63,752 nucleotides of DNA, filler included, from Octopus bimaculoides (GCF_001194135.2; 9 parts of 9 records of this genome joined end to end with filler, not necessarily neighbours in it); one strand, 5' to 3'; shown: positions 28,868 to 41,565, numbered from the whole stretch's first letter. The notes: generated by a model not told the origin, from the letters alone. Numbers and translations are program-made.

Positions 28868-29297
28868 ATTTCAAATTTTGGCACAAAGCCAGAAATTTCA
28901 GGGGAGAGGGTAAGCCGATTAGATTGACTTCAGTGCTCAACTGGTACTTATTTTATTGAGTCCGAAAGGATGAAAAGTAAAGTCGACATCGGCAGAATTT
29001 GAACTCAGAACGTAAATGCCTCTAAGCATTGTGCCCGGTATGTTAACGCTTCTTTTCTACTCTAGGCATAAGGCCCGAAATTTTGGGGGAGGGGGCCAGT
29101 CGATTAGATCGACGCCAGTACGCAATTGGTACTCAGTTTATCGACCCCAGTACGCAATTGGTACTTAATTTATCGACCCCGAAAAGATGATAGGCAAAGT
29201 CGACCTCGGCGGATTTTGAACTCAGAACGTAAAGACAGACAAAATACCGCTAAGCATTTCGCCCGGCGTGCTAACGATGCTGCCATCTCGCAGCCTT
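28868..29297 (-). mobile_element. Two tandem SINE family A copies
   Basis: Copies at about 28868-29050 (5'-truncated) and 29051-29297; the second has an internal ~33-bp duplication. Confidence 0.85.
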
Positions 29298-29940
29298 GCG
29301 CCTTCAATTAATACTAACGAGAACCAATATACTAGTGACGTCTTTAGTTTCGTTGCACCGAGAGCCTTTCTTTGTCAAAACTTTATAATAGCTTTTCTCA
29401 ATTCCTTTCCTTCCTTATTCAAAGGATGTGTTTCAATTAAATTTGTAAATTCATTAATGGTTGTAAATCAGCCCTGCTTTTACTTGCATTCAAATCAATG
29501 GATTAATTTAACTCTCTTGAGAATAAATAACTTATACACGCAATTCACATGAAAAACAATATTTAAGTTAGTGTTAACATATTTAATGCTTTAAGTATTA
29601 AAAGGCTAACTAGAATAATTAAGCCGTAACAAAAAAAAAATATTAGTCACTAACTAATATTATTTCAATTATATCGACAAATATAACACGAGAGGCAACA
29701 CCTGATATATTACGTTGTTATGAGTTAATCAGCATTGTATAATATTTCTAGTTAACTTTTTCCTAATGCTAACTATTTTAAATTTGTTAACACTAACTAA
29801 ACTAATGTTTTTCATGTGGATGGTGTCTCTGAGTTATTTATTCTGTAAACAATTATATTGTTTTACACCAAGCCATTGTATAATCGTAGATTTACTCTGT
29901 GATTCATGTATCACTGTTGCAGCAAGAAGAGTGACGTCTG

Positions 29941-29997
29941 TGCTTCACTGACGAGGCAATAATAATAGTCTGTATTTGCTGAAATAATATGCAAGCA
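29941..29997 (+). ncRNA. Hammerhead-like motif
   Basis: TGCTTCA-CTGACGA-GGCAATA...TATTTGCT-GAAA-taa-TA-TGCAAGCA; stem I TGCTTCA/TG(C)AAGCA, stem II with a bulge, stem III only 1 bp. Confidence 0.4.
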
Positions 29998-31094
29998 TGT
30001 ATGTATGTATGTATGTATGTATGTTTAGAGGTAGGTATGGATGCATGTAAGGATACATGTATGTATGTTTGTATGTAAAGTGTGTCTCGGCATGTATGTA
30101 TACGTGTGTGTATTTATATGTTCTCTTCTACTTTTAGTTATTTGAAATCTTCCTGTAAGGAAGAAACCGGTTTCTAACAAAGATACAGAGCTCCAATGCT
30201 GGGATGTAGATAATGAAAATAAATTTACATGTTGAACTTGAGAAAAATCTCGAGTATTTTCATTGTTCCGTTTACAGATGGTATTTGTAAGGTACGTGTT
30301 CTGCGGTTGATTTTTTTTTTCTGAAGATCCTAACTTTTCCAGATTGAAATTTGAACATTTACCAACATAATAAATTTATCTCTTATTGGTATAAATGTGA
30401 ATAATAATCTGAATTCAGTTATCCTCTTTCTCTTTGATCTTCGGAGAGACATTCATATCAGCAGGGCAGCTTACCTCTACGACAGTACATACTTTTTCCA
30501 GTCTGTCCCAAACAAGTATATCCGGTTTGTTTTGTTTTCACTGAGTAGAAATTTTGATGGAAATATTCCTCTAATATTCCTTGTTTCGATGTTTATTGAT
30601 ATATTCAATAACAGAGGAATCCTCTACATTTTCCTAGGACTGTCTTATATGTATATGTATAACCGTACGTACGTATGTCCTCTTCTGTTTTAATTATTTA
30701 AATTCTTCTTCTGAGGAAGGAGCTGGTTTCTAACAAAGATACAAATCTCCATCATTGGAATGTAGATAGCAAAAGCAATGTCGCATTTTAAACTTAAGGC
30801 CTAGCTTATCCTGGTTGTCATTTGGGCATTTACTCGCAAAAACGTGTACATCAATTTTCATAGGTATAAATGTGAATTTATAAACTGGATACGGAATATC
30901 TCTTCGAAAATCAAAGAGAAAGATCATAATTAGGGACAACTGCTTCGAAATCTCTGTTATTGAGGATTCCCAGTTGATGTCAATATCTTGCGTGTTTTAA
31001 TGTCTATGGAGTGGATTTCTTTTGCACAGTCATAGAGGCAAGCAATTCGCGAGAAAAAATATAATTCTCGAAAATTAATTTGCTAAGATATTAT

Positions 31095-31420
31095 TAGTCG
31101 AGCAAATCGACCCCAGGAGTTATTCTTTGTAAGTCTAGTACTTATTCTATCGGTCTCTTTTGCCGAACCGCTACGTTATGGGGATGTAGACAACGAGTCA
31201 AGAGAAATAACTGGAAGTGGCCAGTTTGTCAAGCGATAGGGGGGGGGGACAAACACAGACACACATACATATATATATTTCCGCCCACCAAATCCACTCA
31301 CACGGTTTTGGTCAGTCCGAGGCTATAATAGAAGGCACTTGCCCAAGGTGCTATGCAGTGGGACTGAACCCGGAACCATGTGGTTTGTAAGCAAGCTACT
31401 TACCACACAGCTCTTACACC
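31095..31420 (-). mobile_element. CORE-like tRNA-derived SINE (family B)
   Basis: Reverse complement reads GTGTGGTAAGTAGCTTGCTTACAAACCACATGGTTCCGGGTTCAGTCCCACTGCATAGCACCTTGGGCAAGTGCC... plus the CGGTTCGGCAAAAGAGACCGATAGAATAAGTAC tail. CORE assignment is from similarity to CCTTGGGCAAGT and is unverified. Confidence 0.75.
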
Positions 31421-31671
31421 TATATATATATATATATANNNNNNNNNNNNNNNNNNNNNNNNNNNNNNNNNNNNNNNNNNNNNNNNNNNNNNNNNNNNNN
31501 NNNNNNNNNNNNNNNTATATATACATATATATATACACACATACATGCATGCATGCATACATACATACATACATACATGCATACATACATACATACATAC
31601 ATAAATACGCGCGCGCACACACATACACACATATGCACATGTTTATGTGTATGCGTATGATAATTTGAGGT

Positions 31672-31895
31672 TAAAGTAATCCCTCGACTATCACGGGTGT
31701 TACGTTCCAAAATCCCCGCGATAGGTGAAAATCTGCGAAGTAGAAACAGTACTGTACTGTATATTTTTTCATTATTTTTATAATTTGTATATATTTATTT
31801 TATTATAAAGGCAAAACAACACCACCGAGAAATCGAGGTGATTTTAAATAATAAACCGCGACAGGTGAACCACGATATGGCGAGAGATTACTGTA
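31672..31895. mobile_element. Tc1/mariner-superfamily (pogo/Tigger-like) MITE
   Basis: Termini TAAAGTAATCCCTCG ... CGAGAGATTACTGTA; second copy in opposite orientation at 40622-40837. Confidence 0.75.
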
Positions 31896-32489
31896 TTTTC
31901 TTTTTATATCGTACATGTATAAGTCAGTTGCTACTCCCGATTGAATCACTTTTCATTTACGATGTCAATGCCCTTCGCAAAGTTACAAAAACTCGATTTC
32001 CCCTCCCCCATCGCCGCTCTTTTGTAAATCTAATTTTCTACATTTGTAAAATAAATCATAAGTTCATATGATATGGGCATCTTATTACTGTGCTATGCAC
32101 TCAACAAAGAACCTTCATGATTCGATTCCAATTCCCTAATGTTATCAATTTACTTACACTATACTAGGAGATATAGAAACAATGAAATTCCCAACAAGGA
32201 AATTTGAGTCAGCATAGAAGTACTTAAACGGCATCAAAACTTGCGAGTACTTGTAAAATCTCACTAAAATCACCCTCTACTGTCTTAACCCTTTGATAGC
32301 GGAAAGTGTAAACAGCTGCTCAGTATTTTAACACCGTAAACTGCGGAAAGCGGTTCTACCCAATGGATTTGAAGAAAAACCTCTTCTTATGCTTCAAGAA
32401 GCGGATGCACTACCAGTGATAATTTTACAAAAGACATTTTTTGCGGATTTTCTAAAAATTTTTTTAACAGGTGAGGCTTGCTTTGTTTA

Positions 32490-32615
32490 TCAGCTACATG
32501 ATTCTGGAGTTCAGTGCCATTGCGTGGAACCTTCGGCAAGTGTCTTCTACTATAGCCTCGGGCCGACCAAAGCCTTGTGAGTGGATTTGGTAGACGGAAA
32601 CTGAAAGAAGCCCGA
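32490..32615 (+). mobile_element. SINE family B head/core
   Basis: GGCAAGTGTCTTCTACTATAGCCTCGGGCCGACCAAAGCCTTGTGAGTGGATTTGGTAGACGGAAACTGAAAGAAGCCCG. Confidence 0.8.
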
Positions 32616-32926
32616 TTTAATTTTGTTGTTGTTATTAGCGGTGTTGATGATGATGGTAATGATGATGACGACGATGACGACAGCGCTAATGATGATGATG
32701 ATGATGATGATGATGATGTTGATGATGATAATGATGTCGATGACGATGACGATGATGACGATGATGATGACGGTTTCTAATGAATATGATGGGGAAAAAA
32801 GGGGCTTTTAAGAGAAAGAGAGCGAGAGAGAGAGAGAGAGAGATTTATATAACCACTGAGGAAAATTGAATTATATAAATTTTCTCAATGTTACATAAGC
32901 TGCTGCTGCTGCTGCTGCTGCTGCTG

Positions 32927-32989
<63 letters not shown>

Positions 32990-33422
32990 TTATTATTTTA
33001 CAGTGAATCGAATGTTACAAAACAAAAACAAAGAAACATTGTGAATAGAAAAAAAGGTTAGCAGAGTGCAATTTTAGGAAATCTACACCCATTCTTAGAA
33101 ATTCGTTATTCTTATCATCTCATAGCTTCAGTGGCGAGTGAAATGAGTTATGTGTGCATGGCTGGGCAGCCCATCCCTGAAGAGGGAACAGTAAGCTGGC
33201 AAGGCGTCTCTCAATCGGCTTAATTAAGTAACTCTAACACCCATTGTTTCTTAATTTCGTCGAGAAAAATAAATAAATGAATAAACGTGTGTACCCCTCA
33301 CCCTATCACACGCACACACACACACAGCTCTTACGAGTGTACGTATGTATGTATGCGTGTTTGTTGTGAGTGTATGTATATTTTGTGCTTGCTGTATTTT
33401 GTGACTGCATATGCATATTATG

Positions 33423-33523
<101 letters not shown>

Positions 33524-33620
33524 GTCTATGTATATACTTATATATAGGCAAACCAAAAATTAAAAATACCGAAATAACAACATAACAAAACAACAAAAGT
33601 CAAAAGGACATACACATGGA

Positions 33621-33865
33621 ATGTATTAGGTTGACGCTCAGCATAAGATGGAAAAAAAGAGTGTGCGTATAACGTTTCGAGCATGGCTCTTCGTCAGGAG
33701 GAGGAGAAAAGGAAATCCCGGAGAGAAGGAAAAAAATAGTACAAGAAAAGCACGTGTGTGGTTATGGAAATGTTATACATTCTCTCCTCTAACTGATGAA
33801 GAGCGATGCTTGAAACGTTATTTACCCACTCTTTTCATTTGATACTGAGTGTCAACGTAATACAT
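33621..33865. mobile_element. Fold-back element with ~75-bp inverted arms, each ending in a hammerhead core
   Basis: 33621-33697 is the diverged reverse complement of 33793-33865. Inner ends read CTGACGAAGAGCCATGCTCGAAACGTTA (minus strand) and CTGATGAAGAGCGATGCTTGAAACGTTA (plus strand). Confidence 0.7.
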
Positions 33866-34309
33866 TTTGACTTTTATTGCTTTGTTATTTATTATTATTA
33901 ATTTTCAAATTGCCTATTATCACATGCTCACAAGGATCTTCTACGTCCTTCCGATTTGGAGTACCTATTCTTGGATTTCCCTACACCGGATTACTCTAAC
34001 CTTGGTTTACGCTACCCTTTGATTTCCATCGGGGTACGTCATTTTTGTACCTTTGATTATATATATATATATAAAAACATCCGAGTCGATAACACCGTTT
34101 ACAAACTCTATACTTGGAATGACCAATTTTAAATACTATTGGAACTTAATCACAAGGTACGGGAATCTTATATATATACCATTCTGCCTAAATAATAGAA
34201 CTGAAGATACAATATCCCTGCATGTCTCACGTCAATTTTCATTCCTCCACTTCACTCTCTATTTCATATCTTATCTAGAATAACTATTGCTTAACCATTT
34301 TCTCACACC

Positions 34310-34357
34310 GTCTCTGAGGAAGGGATATATAAAATATCCCGGAAACAGCTGTAAGAC
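34310..34357 (+). ncRNA. Minimal type I hammerhead ribozyme motif (Penelope-type)
   Basis: GTCT-CTGAGGA-A-GGGATAT(ataaa)ATATCCC-G-GAAA-CAGCTG-TA-AGAC: stem I GTCT/AGAC, core CUGANGA, 7-bp stem II, GAAA, palindromic stem III ACAGCTGT, GUA cleavage triplet. Confidence 0.75.
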
Positions 34358-34597
34358 CTTCTATTTATAAATGTTCTGAAATCTTTCACAGCCTTGGATT
34401 TTTATCTCATTCTGTTAATTATTTTATATATACACATGCTGATATATGACCTACGTTGGACTCCTCATTCGCATAATCACCGAACCTGGAGCTTAATCAT
34501 GATATGTCCATAGCACTTGCTTTGCATTACCTGACACCTTTGGGTCTTCTTGACACCATTACCTCTCATAACCTCAATAAATGTGTATGTGTGTGTG

Positions 34598-34639
<42 letters not shown>

Positions 34640-35525
34640 GAAAGAGAGAGAGAGAGATACATAGATAGANNNNNNNNNNNNNNNNNNNNNNNNNNNNNNN
34701 NNNNNNNNNNNNNNNNNNNNNNNNNNNNNNNNNNNNNNNNNNNNNNNNNNNNNNNNNNNNNNNNNNNNNNNNNNNNNNNNNNNNNNNNNNNNNNNNNNNN
34801 NNNNNNNNNNNNNNNNNNNNNNNNNNNNNNNNNNNNNNNNNNNNNNNNNNNNNNNNNNNNNNNNNNNNNNNNNNNNNNNNNNNNNNNNNNNNNNNNNNNN
34901 NNNNNNNNNNNNNNNNNNNNNNNNNNNNNNNNNNNNNNNNNNNNNNNNNNNNNNNNNNNNNNNNNNNNNNNNNNNNNNNNNNNNNNNGTGTGTGTGTGTG
35001 TGTCTGTGTCTGTGTGTGTGTGTGTGTGTGTATACGTACTTATATATGTATTATCTTCTCAGACTTCTCTGGGTCCCCAGCACTCCTCACTATTACAATC
35101 GTCACCTTCTTCGATCTGATGCAATGTTCTCCACTATTGTAGTCATTAACCCTGCGTCATCACGAATGTGAGAGCTCTGGCGTTCGGGAATTCTTGCGGG
35201 AACGTCATTGCCACGTGATTATTAGCTGGCTGTTCCTTTTTATTACACTAGTAATAGTGTACATTATACGAAAAGCTTTTCATATGTAACTATTTCTATA
35301 AGATTGAACCTTTTATTTGTTTCAGTCATGCTGGGGGTACCACCTTGGAAGATTTAGTCGAACAAGTCATCCAAGTACATTTTTTTTTTAAAGTATGGTA
35401 CTTATTTATCCTCTCTTTTGCAGAACAGCTAAGTTGCAGGAACATAAAGCGACTATCATTGGTCGTCAAGCGGTGTTGGGAACGAAGAAACATACAAAGA
35501 TAAACAAACAAGCGCACACATACGT

Positions 35526-35581
<56 letters not shown>

Positions 35582-35714
35582 ATACATACATACATACATA
35601 CATACATACATACANNNNNNNNNNNNNNNNNNNNNNNNNNNNNNNNNNNNNNNNNNNNTTAATTAATTAANNNNNNNNNNNNNNNNNNNNNNNNNNNNNN
35701 NNNNNNNNNNNNNN

Positions 35715-35748
<34 letters not shown>

Positions 35749-36165
35749 TACATACATATATATATATATGTTCCAATACGTGTAGTTGTATGATTAAAAT
35801 TTGAATGTCAAAGGCAGTGTAAGTATACTATACAGGATTCCAGGCTTGTTGTGGTTGTGGGGCTGGTGTATGGCGGTCGGTGTTGGCGATCGTAAAAGAA
35901 GTTTAGTGAGAGCTGAACAACTATCAGATATAAATTTTTTTATATGATTTCTGTGGTTAACCTTAAAGTTTTTGAATGGGAAGTAGGTGCAATGTGTAAG
36001 AGGCTAAAGTGAACGATAGACATACGCACGCAGGTGTACACATAGACAGACCTATATACAGGCGGACGCATGTATATAATAATAATACACATGCATATAC
36101 AGACATGTGTGTGTATATCTATGTGTGTGTTAATATATATACATTTTATACGTGTGTGTGCGTGT

Positions 36166-36223
<58 letters not shown>

Positions 36224-36228
36224 GTCTG

Positions 36229-36286
<58 letters not shown>

Positions 36287-37961
36287 GCCATAGCCACAAG
36301 TACGATGAAAATAGCTCNNNNNNNNNNNNNNNNNNNNNNNNNNNNNNNNNNNNNNNNNNNNNNNNNNNNNNNNNNNNNNNNNNNNNNNNNNNNNNNNNNN
36401 NNNNNNNNNNNNNNNNNNNNNNNNNNNNNNNNNNNNNNNNNNNNNNNNNNNNNNNNNNNNNNNNNNNNNNNNNNNNNNNNNNNNNNNNNNNNNNNNNNNN
36501 NNNNNNNNNNNNNNNNNNNNNNNNNNNNNNNNNNNNNNNNNNNNNNNNNNNNNNNNNNNNNNNNNNNNNNNNNNNNNNNNNNNNNNNNNNNNNNNNNNNN
36601 NNNNNNNNNNNNNNNNNNNNNNNNNNNNNNNNNNNNNNNNNNNNNNNNNNNNNNNNNNNNNNNNNNNNNNNNNNNNNNNNNNNNNNNNNNNNNNNNNNNN
36701 NNNNNNNNNNNNNNNNNNNNNNNNNNNNNNNNNNNNNNNNNNNNNNNNNNNNNNNNNNNNNNNNNNNNNNNNNNNNNNNNNNNNNNNNNNNNNNNNNNNN
36801 NNNNNNNNNNNNNNNNNNNNNNNNNNNNNNNNNNNNNNNNNNNNNNNNNNNNNNNNNNNNNNNNNNNNNNNNNNNNNNNNNNNNNNNNNNNNNNNNNNNN
36901 NNNNNNNNNNNNNNNNNNNNNNNNNNNNNNNNNNNNNNNNNNNNNNNNNNNNNNNCCTTCCTTCCCCCTCCCAAAAAGAAAAGCTCTACATTGTATTTGT
37001 CCCATCTTCGTTGAGCCCTGTGTGGCTAATAAAAGAAATGTATCTATCTATCTGTATATATACACACACACATATATATATATATACATATATATATATA
37101 TGTATATATATATACATATATACATACATATATTACATATACACACACATATATGTTTACATACACACATATATATGGGTATATACATACACAGATACAT
37201 ACATACATATATTACACGCACACACGCGCGCGCGAGCACACACACATATTCATAATATGTGCGAGAGGTATTTGAGGACATACTTGATAATCTAATAAAA
37301 TAACTCTAATCAAGTAAAAACCAAATGTATTTTAATTTTTAAAAATGTATATTTTTTGTTCTCTTTGTACAATAACTGCTTCAGTACGGGACCCGAATCG
37401 TTGGTATAAGTAGTTTCTATCCACCCAGGAATCACCTGGACAATAATAGCCATCAGTGGTACTATGGCATTGTGAGGATATCGATTCGATTAGTCTCATT
37501 TTTATGAACGCCCCGAAACGGGCTAGTTTCGAGGCCAAAATACGGGGGTTACATGATCGTAAAGTTTATCTGATAATCATTCTTCGGTTACATGGGCTTT
37601 TTGAGAGTCTTCCTGAGTCTTATTGAAACTTGTATTTCAGCTTCCCTGCGTACTTCAGCCATCTTCATTGCGTACTTCATCCATCTTCATTGCGTACTTC
37701 ATCCATCGAGGTCTTAATTGTCTGCACTGCAGCACCTCAACGTCCCCAGCTGCCTTAATTGTAAGACCCTGTGCAAAGATGTAGGGTGACATGACATATC
37801 TTCGTTACTCACCACACCTAATACCATCACAGTTACTGGAAACTAGTAGCAGTGGTGGTGGTAGCGGTGCTAGTGTGGATAATTCTGATGTCGAGGTGGT
37901 GCTTCGCTGTTGTTATCTGTGGGTGTCATAACCTTGTCGTAGTTCTGGCCACAGTACTGTG

Positions 37962-38043
<82 letters not shown>

Positions 38044-38339
38044 ACTCTGGGGACACCGGAAGGATCTGAACATAACTGCCAGTCATTTCTACTGTTAGAC
38101 TTCTGTTCTTAGTCGAAGATTTTTTTCTCATCAGAGTAGAACTAAATCATGCCACCATGTTCGTGAGAGTTCTTAATCTTGTTAAATAACCGTTTGGCAC
38201 CGATCAACGGTTTTCTTGTGTCTTTGCAGACGTGGAATGGCCTCTCCTTAGTACATACGACTTTTATCGAATATCCTTGTGCACCACAGTTCTAACACTC
38301 CACTCCAACTCTTGAGGTTATTATTTGGTGATGGCCATC

Positions 38340-39160
38340 ACAGATTTTCCCTAACCATTGTCGATTTTAATTAATTAATGTAATAGATTCTTTATTGTCC
38401 TTGTTATTTTCCCATCTAGTCTTGCTGGTTAAGGTGAGACTATTTAAGCATAACTTATTAACGGAACAGCTAAATTTGTAATGTAGCCATTTCATTCTTG
38501 TATTTAGATTTGTTTTAGATATTAATTCGATGTATCTACAATATTCTATGCTAACCCTTTTAACATTTTGTGTGTTCCTCATTACCTACTTCATCAGTTC
38601 TTGAGAATCTGCTAGGCTGTGCTTGATTTAATCCTGCAATCACTCTGATTCTTCATCAAGCATGATAATAGTATTCTCAATCAATTTCCTCTTCTACATA
38701 GTTTTGTTTGAGCGTTTTTCTCACATCAGTCTATTTGGTAAACCATTTATAATCTACCGTTGTGCTTCTAGTCTACATTATCTGCAGTGTATAATTTGAG
38801 GTCGTCCATATACAAAAGATAGTTAATTACCTTGCAATAGCATTTTTATCCGAGTTCAGTCCTATTTAACAGATCGGTTAAAAGTGAGTGTAAGCACTTG
38901 ACAGGAAAAAAAAATGAAGGGAAGGAGCGCCTATCTAATAAAGGAATTAATCTTCTAATGGAAATAAGATTGGATATAATTCTTTGTTTATCATTTGCTC
39001 ATGACATATATAATGCATGTTCATATTACTGGAGTTACCTTAATCGTGGACAGTATTTCGAATATCCACGTCTAGCTAACACAATCAATAACATCTTAGG
39101 AGTCAATTCATTCAATGCTCATATCTTCATTGTCTTTCTGCAGTCTTCGATCATAACTTA
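38340..39160 (-). mobile_element. R4/Dong-clade non-LTR retrotransposon RT fragment
   Basis: Minus strand: LLTDLLNRTELG, VINYLLYMDDLKLY (YMDD catalytic motif) and a downstream R..LISKTNLN..K...LAVP..SY motif; many stops. Confidence 0.75.
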
Positions 39161-39179
39161 CTAATCAATAATTAATATG

Positions 39180-39317
39180 TGTTCAGCCGAGGTCGACTTT
39201 GCCTTTCATCCTTTCGGAGTCGATAAATTAAGTACCAGTTGCGTACTGAGGTCGATCAAATCGACTGACCTCCCACGCCAAAAAAAAATTTCGGGCCTTG
39301 TGCCTAGAATAGAAAAG
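39180..39317 (+). mobile_element. 5'-truncated SINE family A with 13-bp TSD
   Basis: AATAATTAATATG at 39167-39179 and 39318-39330 flanks CCGAGGTCGACTTTGCCTTTCATCC...GTGCCTAGAATAGAAAAG. Confidence 0.85.
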
Positions 39318-39519
39318 AATAATTAATATGAGTCTTTAAATTATCCCCTTTTATCTTTTGGAAACAAATTGTTTTTTTCTTTTGTATCCTGATGTTCATT
39401 TATGCAATATTATGGCATCAACGCTTTGTCGGTTGTGAAAAAGCAGTTTGCGCTGCGGTTTTTAGGATTCGCTGTTTCTATAGATTTGGGTATTTATATG
39501 ATTTTACGTAACCGGCACA

Positions 39520-40150
39520 AAACAGGCAATTTTGACAAGAAGGGTTAGACGATACCATCGACCCTAATACTTAGACTGGTAATTGACTTTTTTCGAGCTC
39601 GAAAATATGAATGACTAGGTTGATGTTGGCGTGATTTGAACTCAGAACGTAAAGAGCCAAAACAAAATCTGCTAGACTTATTTTCTGACGCTCGAACGAT
39701 TTAACCATCTCGCCGTCTTTACGTAATAGTAAAAAGCCTTTCTTAGTTTAGCACAAAACTAGCAATTTTGAAGGGAGAAACAGTTGATTACATCGTCCCT
39801 AATGCTAAACCGGTACTTATTTTATCGATCGCAGAAGGATAAAAAGGCAAAGTCGACCTCAGTAGTATTTGAACTCGGTACGTAAAGAACCGAAAGAAAC
39901 GCCGCAAAGCATTTTGTCCAGTATGTCACGGATTCTAAAAGCTCGCCTACATAATTGTAAAACCATACTTGTTTTATAGAGTAGGACGTCGCGCTGGCAG
40001 AATCGTTAGCACGCCAAACAAAATGCTTTGCGTCCGTCTGTACGTTCTGAGTTCAAATTCCGCCGTAGTCGACTTTACCTTTCATCCTTTTAGGATCGAT
40101 AGAATAAGTACCAGTGGACACTGGTACTTGCTGGCCTTGTGTCAACATTT
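39520..40150. mobile_element. Cluster of SINE family A copies (two minus, one plus)
   Basis: About 39520-39720 (-), 39740-39950 (-) and 39985-40150 (+). Confidence 0.75.
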
Positions 40151-40621
40151 GAAACCGAAACTTGTTTCACAGTTTCAATTTAACTAAACGACACAGCAGT
40201 GTCATCTTTATTGTTGATTACAAGTCACTTTAGAACCATGTTTTCCAAAATGGGTTCCGTATATATATATATAAAATCCGATTGTTCCATGGCGTAAGGT
40301 ATCTTTTAATATAACTTAATAAAATTGATTTTAAAAATGATAATATCTGTTTTCAAAATAATTTATAAATATTTTTTATATGAATACTTTCTCTAAAATA
40401 ATTTTCGTATTATAAACTGTCGTCTTATGAAAACTAGAGAGGGTAGTCCATAGACTATAGGTATGGGTCCTGTTATTTGTGGAAAATCGTACAAGAGTTT
40501 CGTAACAAAATGATTCTGGGAATATCTGCCCTAGAAAATTTATGTATAATGGCAGTTAATTTTCTAAGATAGTCTATTTCCATAGTTCAAATAGCATCCA
40601 GCTATTTCTCTCAAAGTTCAA

Positions 40622-40837
40622 TACAGTAATCCCTCGCCATATCGTGGTTTACCTATCGCGGTTTATTATTTAAGCTTACGTCGATTCCTTCGTGGTGTTC
40701 GTTTGCATTTATATTAAAATAAGTATATACAAATTATATATATATATAAATATACAGTACAGTACTGTTTCTACTTCGCGGATTTTCACCTATCGTGTAG
40801 GGTTTTGGAACGTAACTCCCGCGATAGTCTGTACTGT
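40622..40837. mobile_element. Second copy of the pogo/Tigger-like MITE
   Basis: Begins TACAGTAATCCCTCGCCATATCG; homologous throughout to the reverse complement of 31672-31895; other end degraded. Confidence 0.7.
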
Positions 40838-41412
40838 GGTCTTCTTCCCCTAAAACCTGTTGAGCTATTCTAAATCAGACAGAATCAAAACCTTACGACA
40901 GAAACGTCCTGAATGATACTGAGTAATAGTTAAACATTGCTAGAGCGGAGACTATGGTTTCCTTTCCTGGCCGAGAAGGCTCTCCATTTCATTTCGTTTA
41001 TCACCAAAAATCACATTTACGCGTCAGTAAAAATATACTGATATTTTCTTCAACAAGCTAAAGTAGCGAGTTCTAAAATCTCTAAAAGACGTACAGGTAG
41101 TAACGATACTAAACAGTAATGTGTGTTGCCGCTATAGTGTGGCTGTTCCATACAGAATTATGTTACTATATTTTTAACACCAGGAAAACATCTTTTCCAG
41201 TTGGTTAACGACACGCACAACCTGCGTCTGATATATTGCGAGTAAGGGAGCGAACCATTCTCCAGCGTGGCAAGACCAGTAGACTAGAATGGTTTCTGGG
41301 TCCTGACACGTCTTCAGTATTTTCTTCATCTTTAATATGTTGATCATTTTTGTTTAGTTAAAAGAAAAGCAACACTTTTCAAAGAATCTGAATATTTTAT
41401 AAAATAAACCAA

Positions 41413-41565
41413 TGGTTTCAAATTTCGGTACAAGGCCGAAAATTTTAAGGTCGAGAATAAGTCGATTATATCGATCCCAGTGTTCAACTGATACTTATTT
41501 TATCGACCCTGAAAGGATGAAAAGTAAAGTAGGCCTAGGCGGATATTTGAATCCAGAACGTAAAG
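41413..41565 (-). mobile_element. Partial SINE family A
   Basis: GGTTTCAAATTTCGGTACAAGGCC...TTATCGACCCTGAAAGGATGAAA. Confidence 0.75.
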
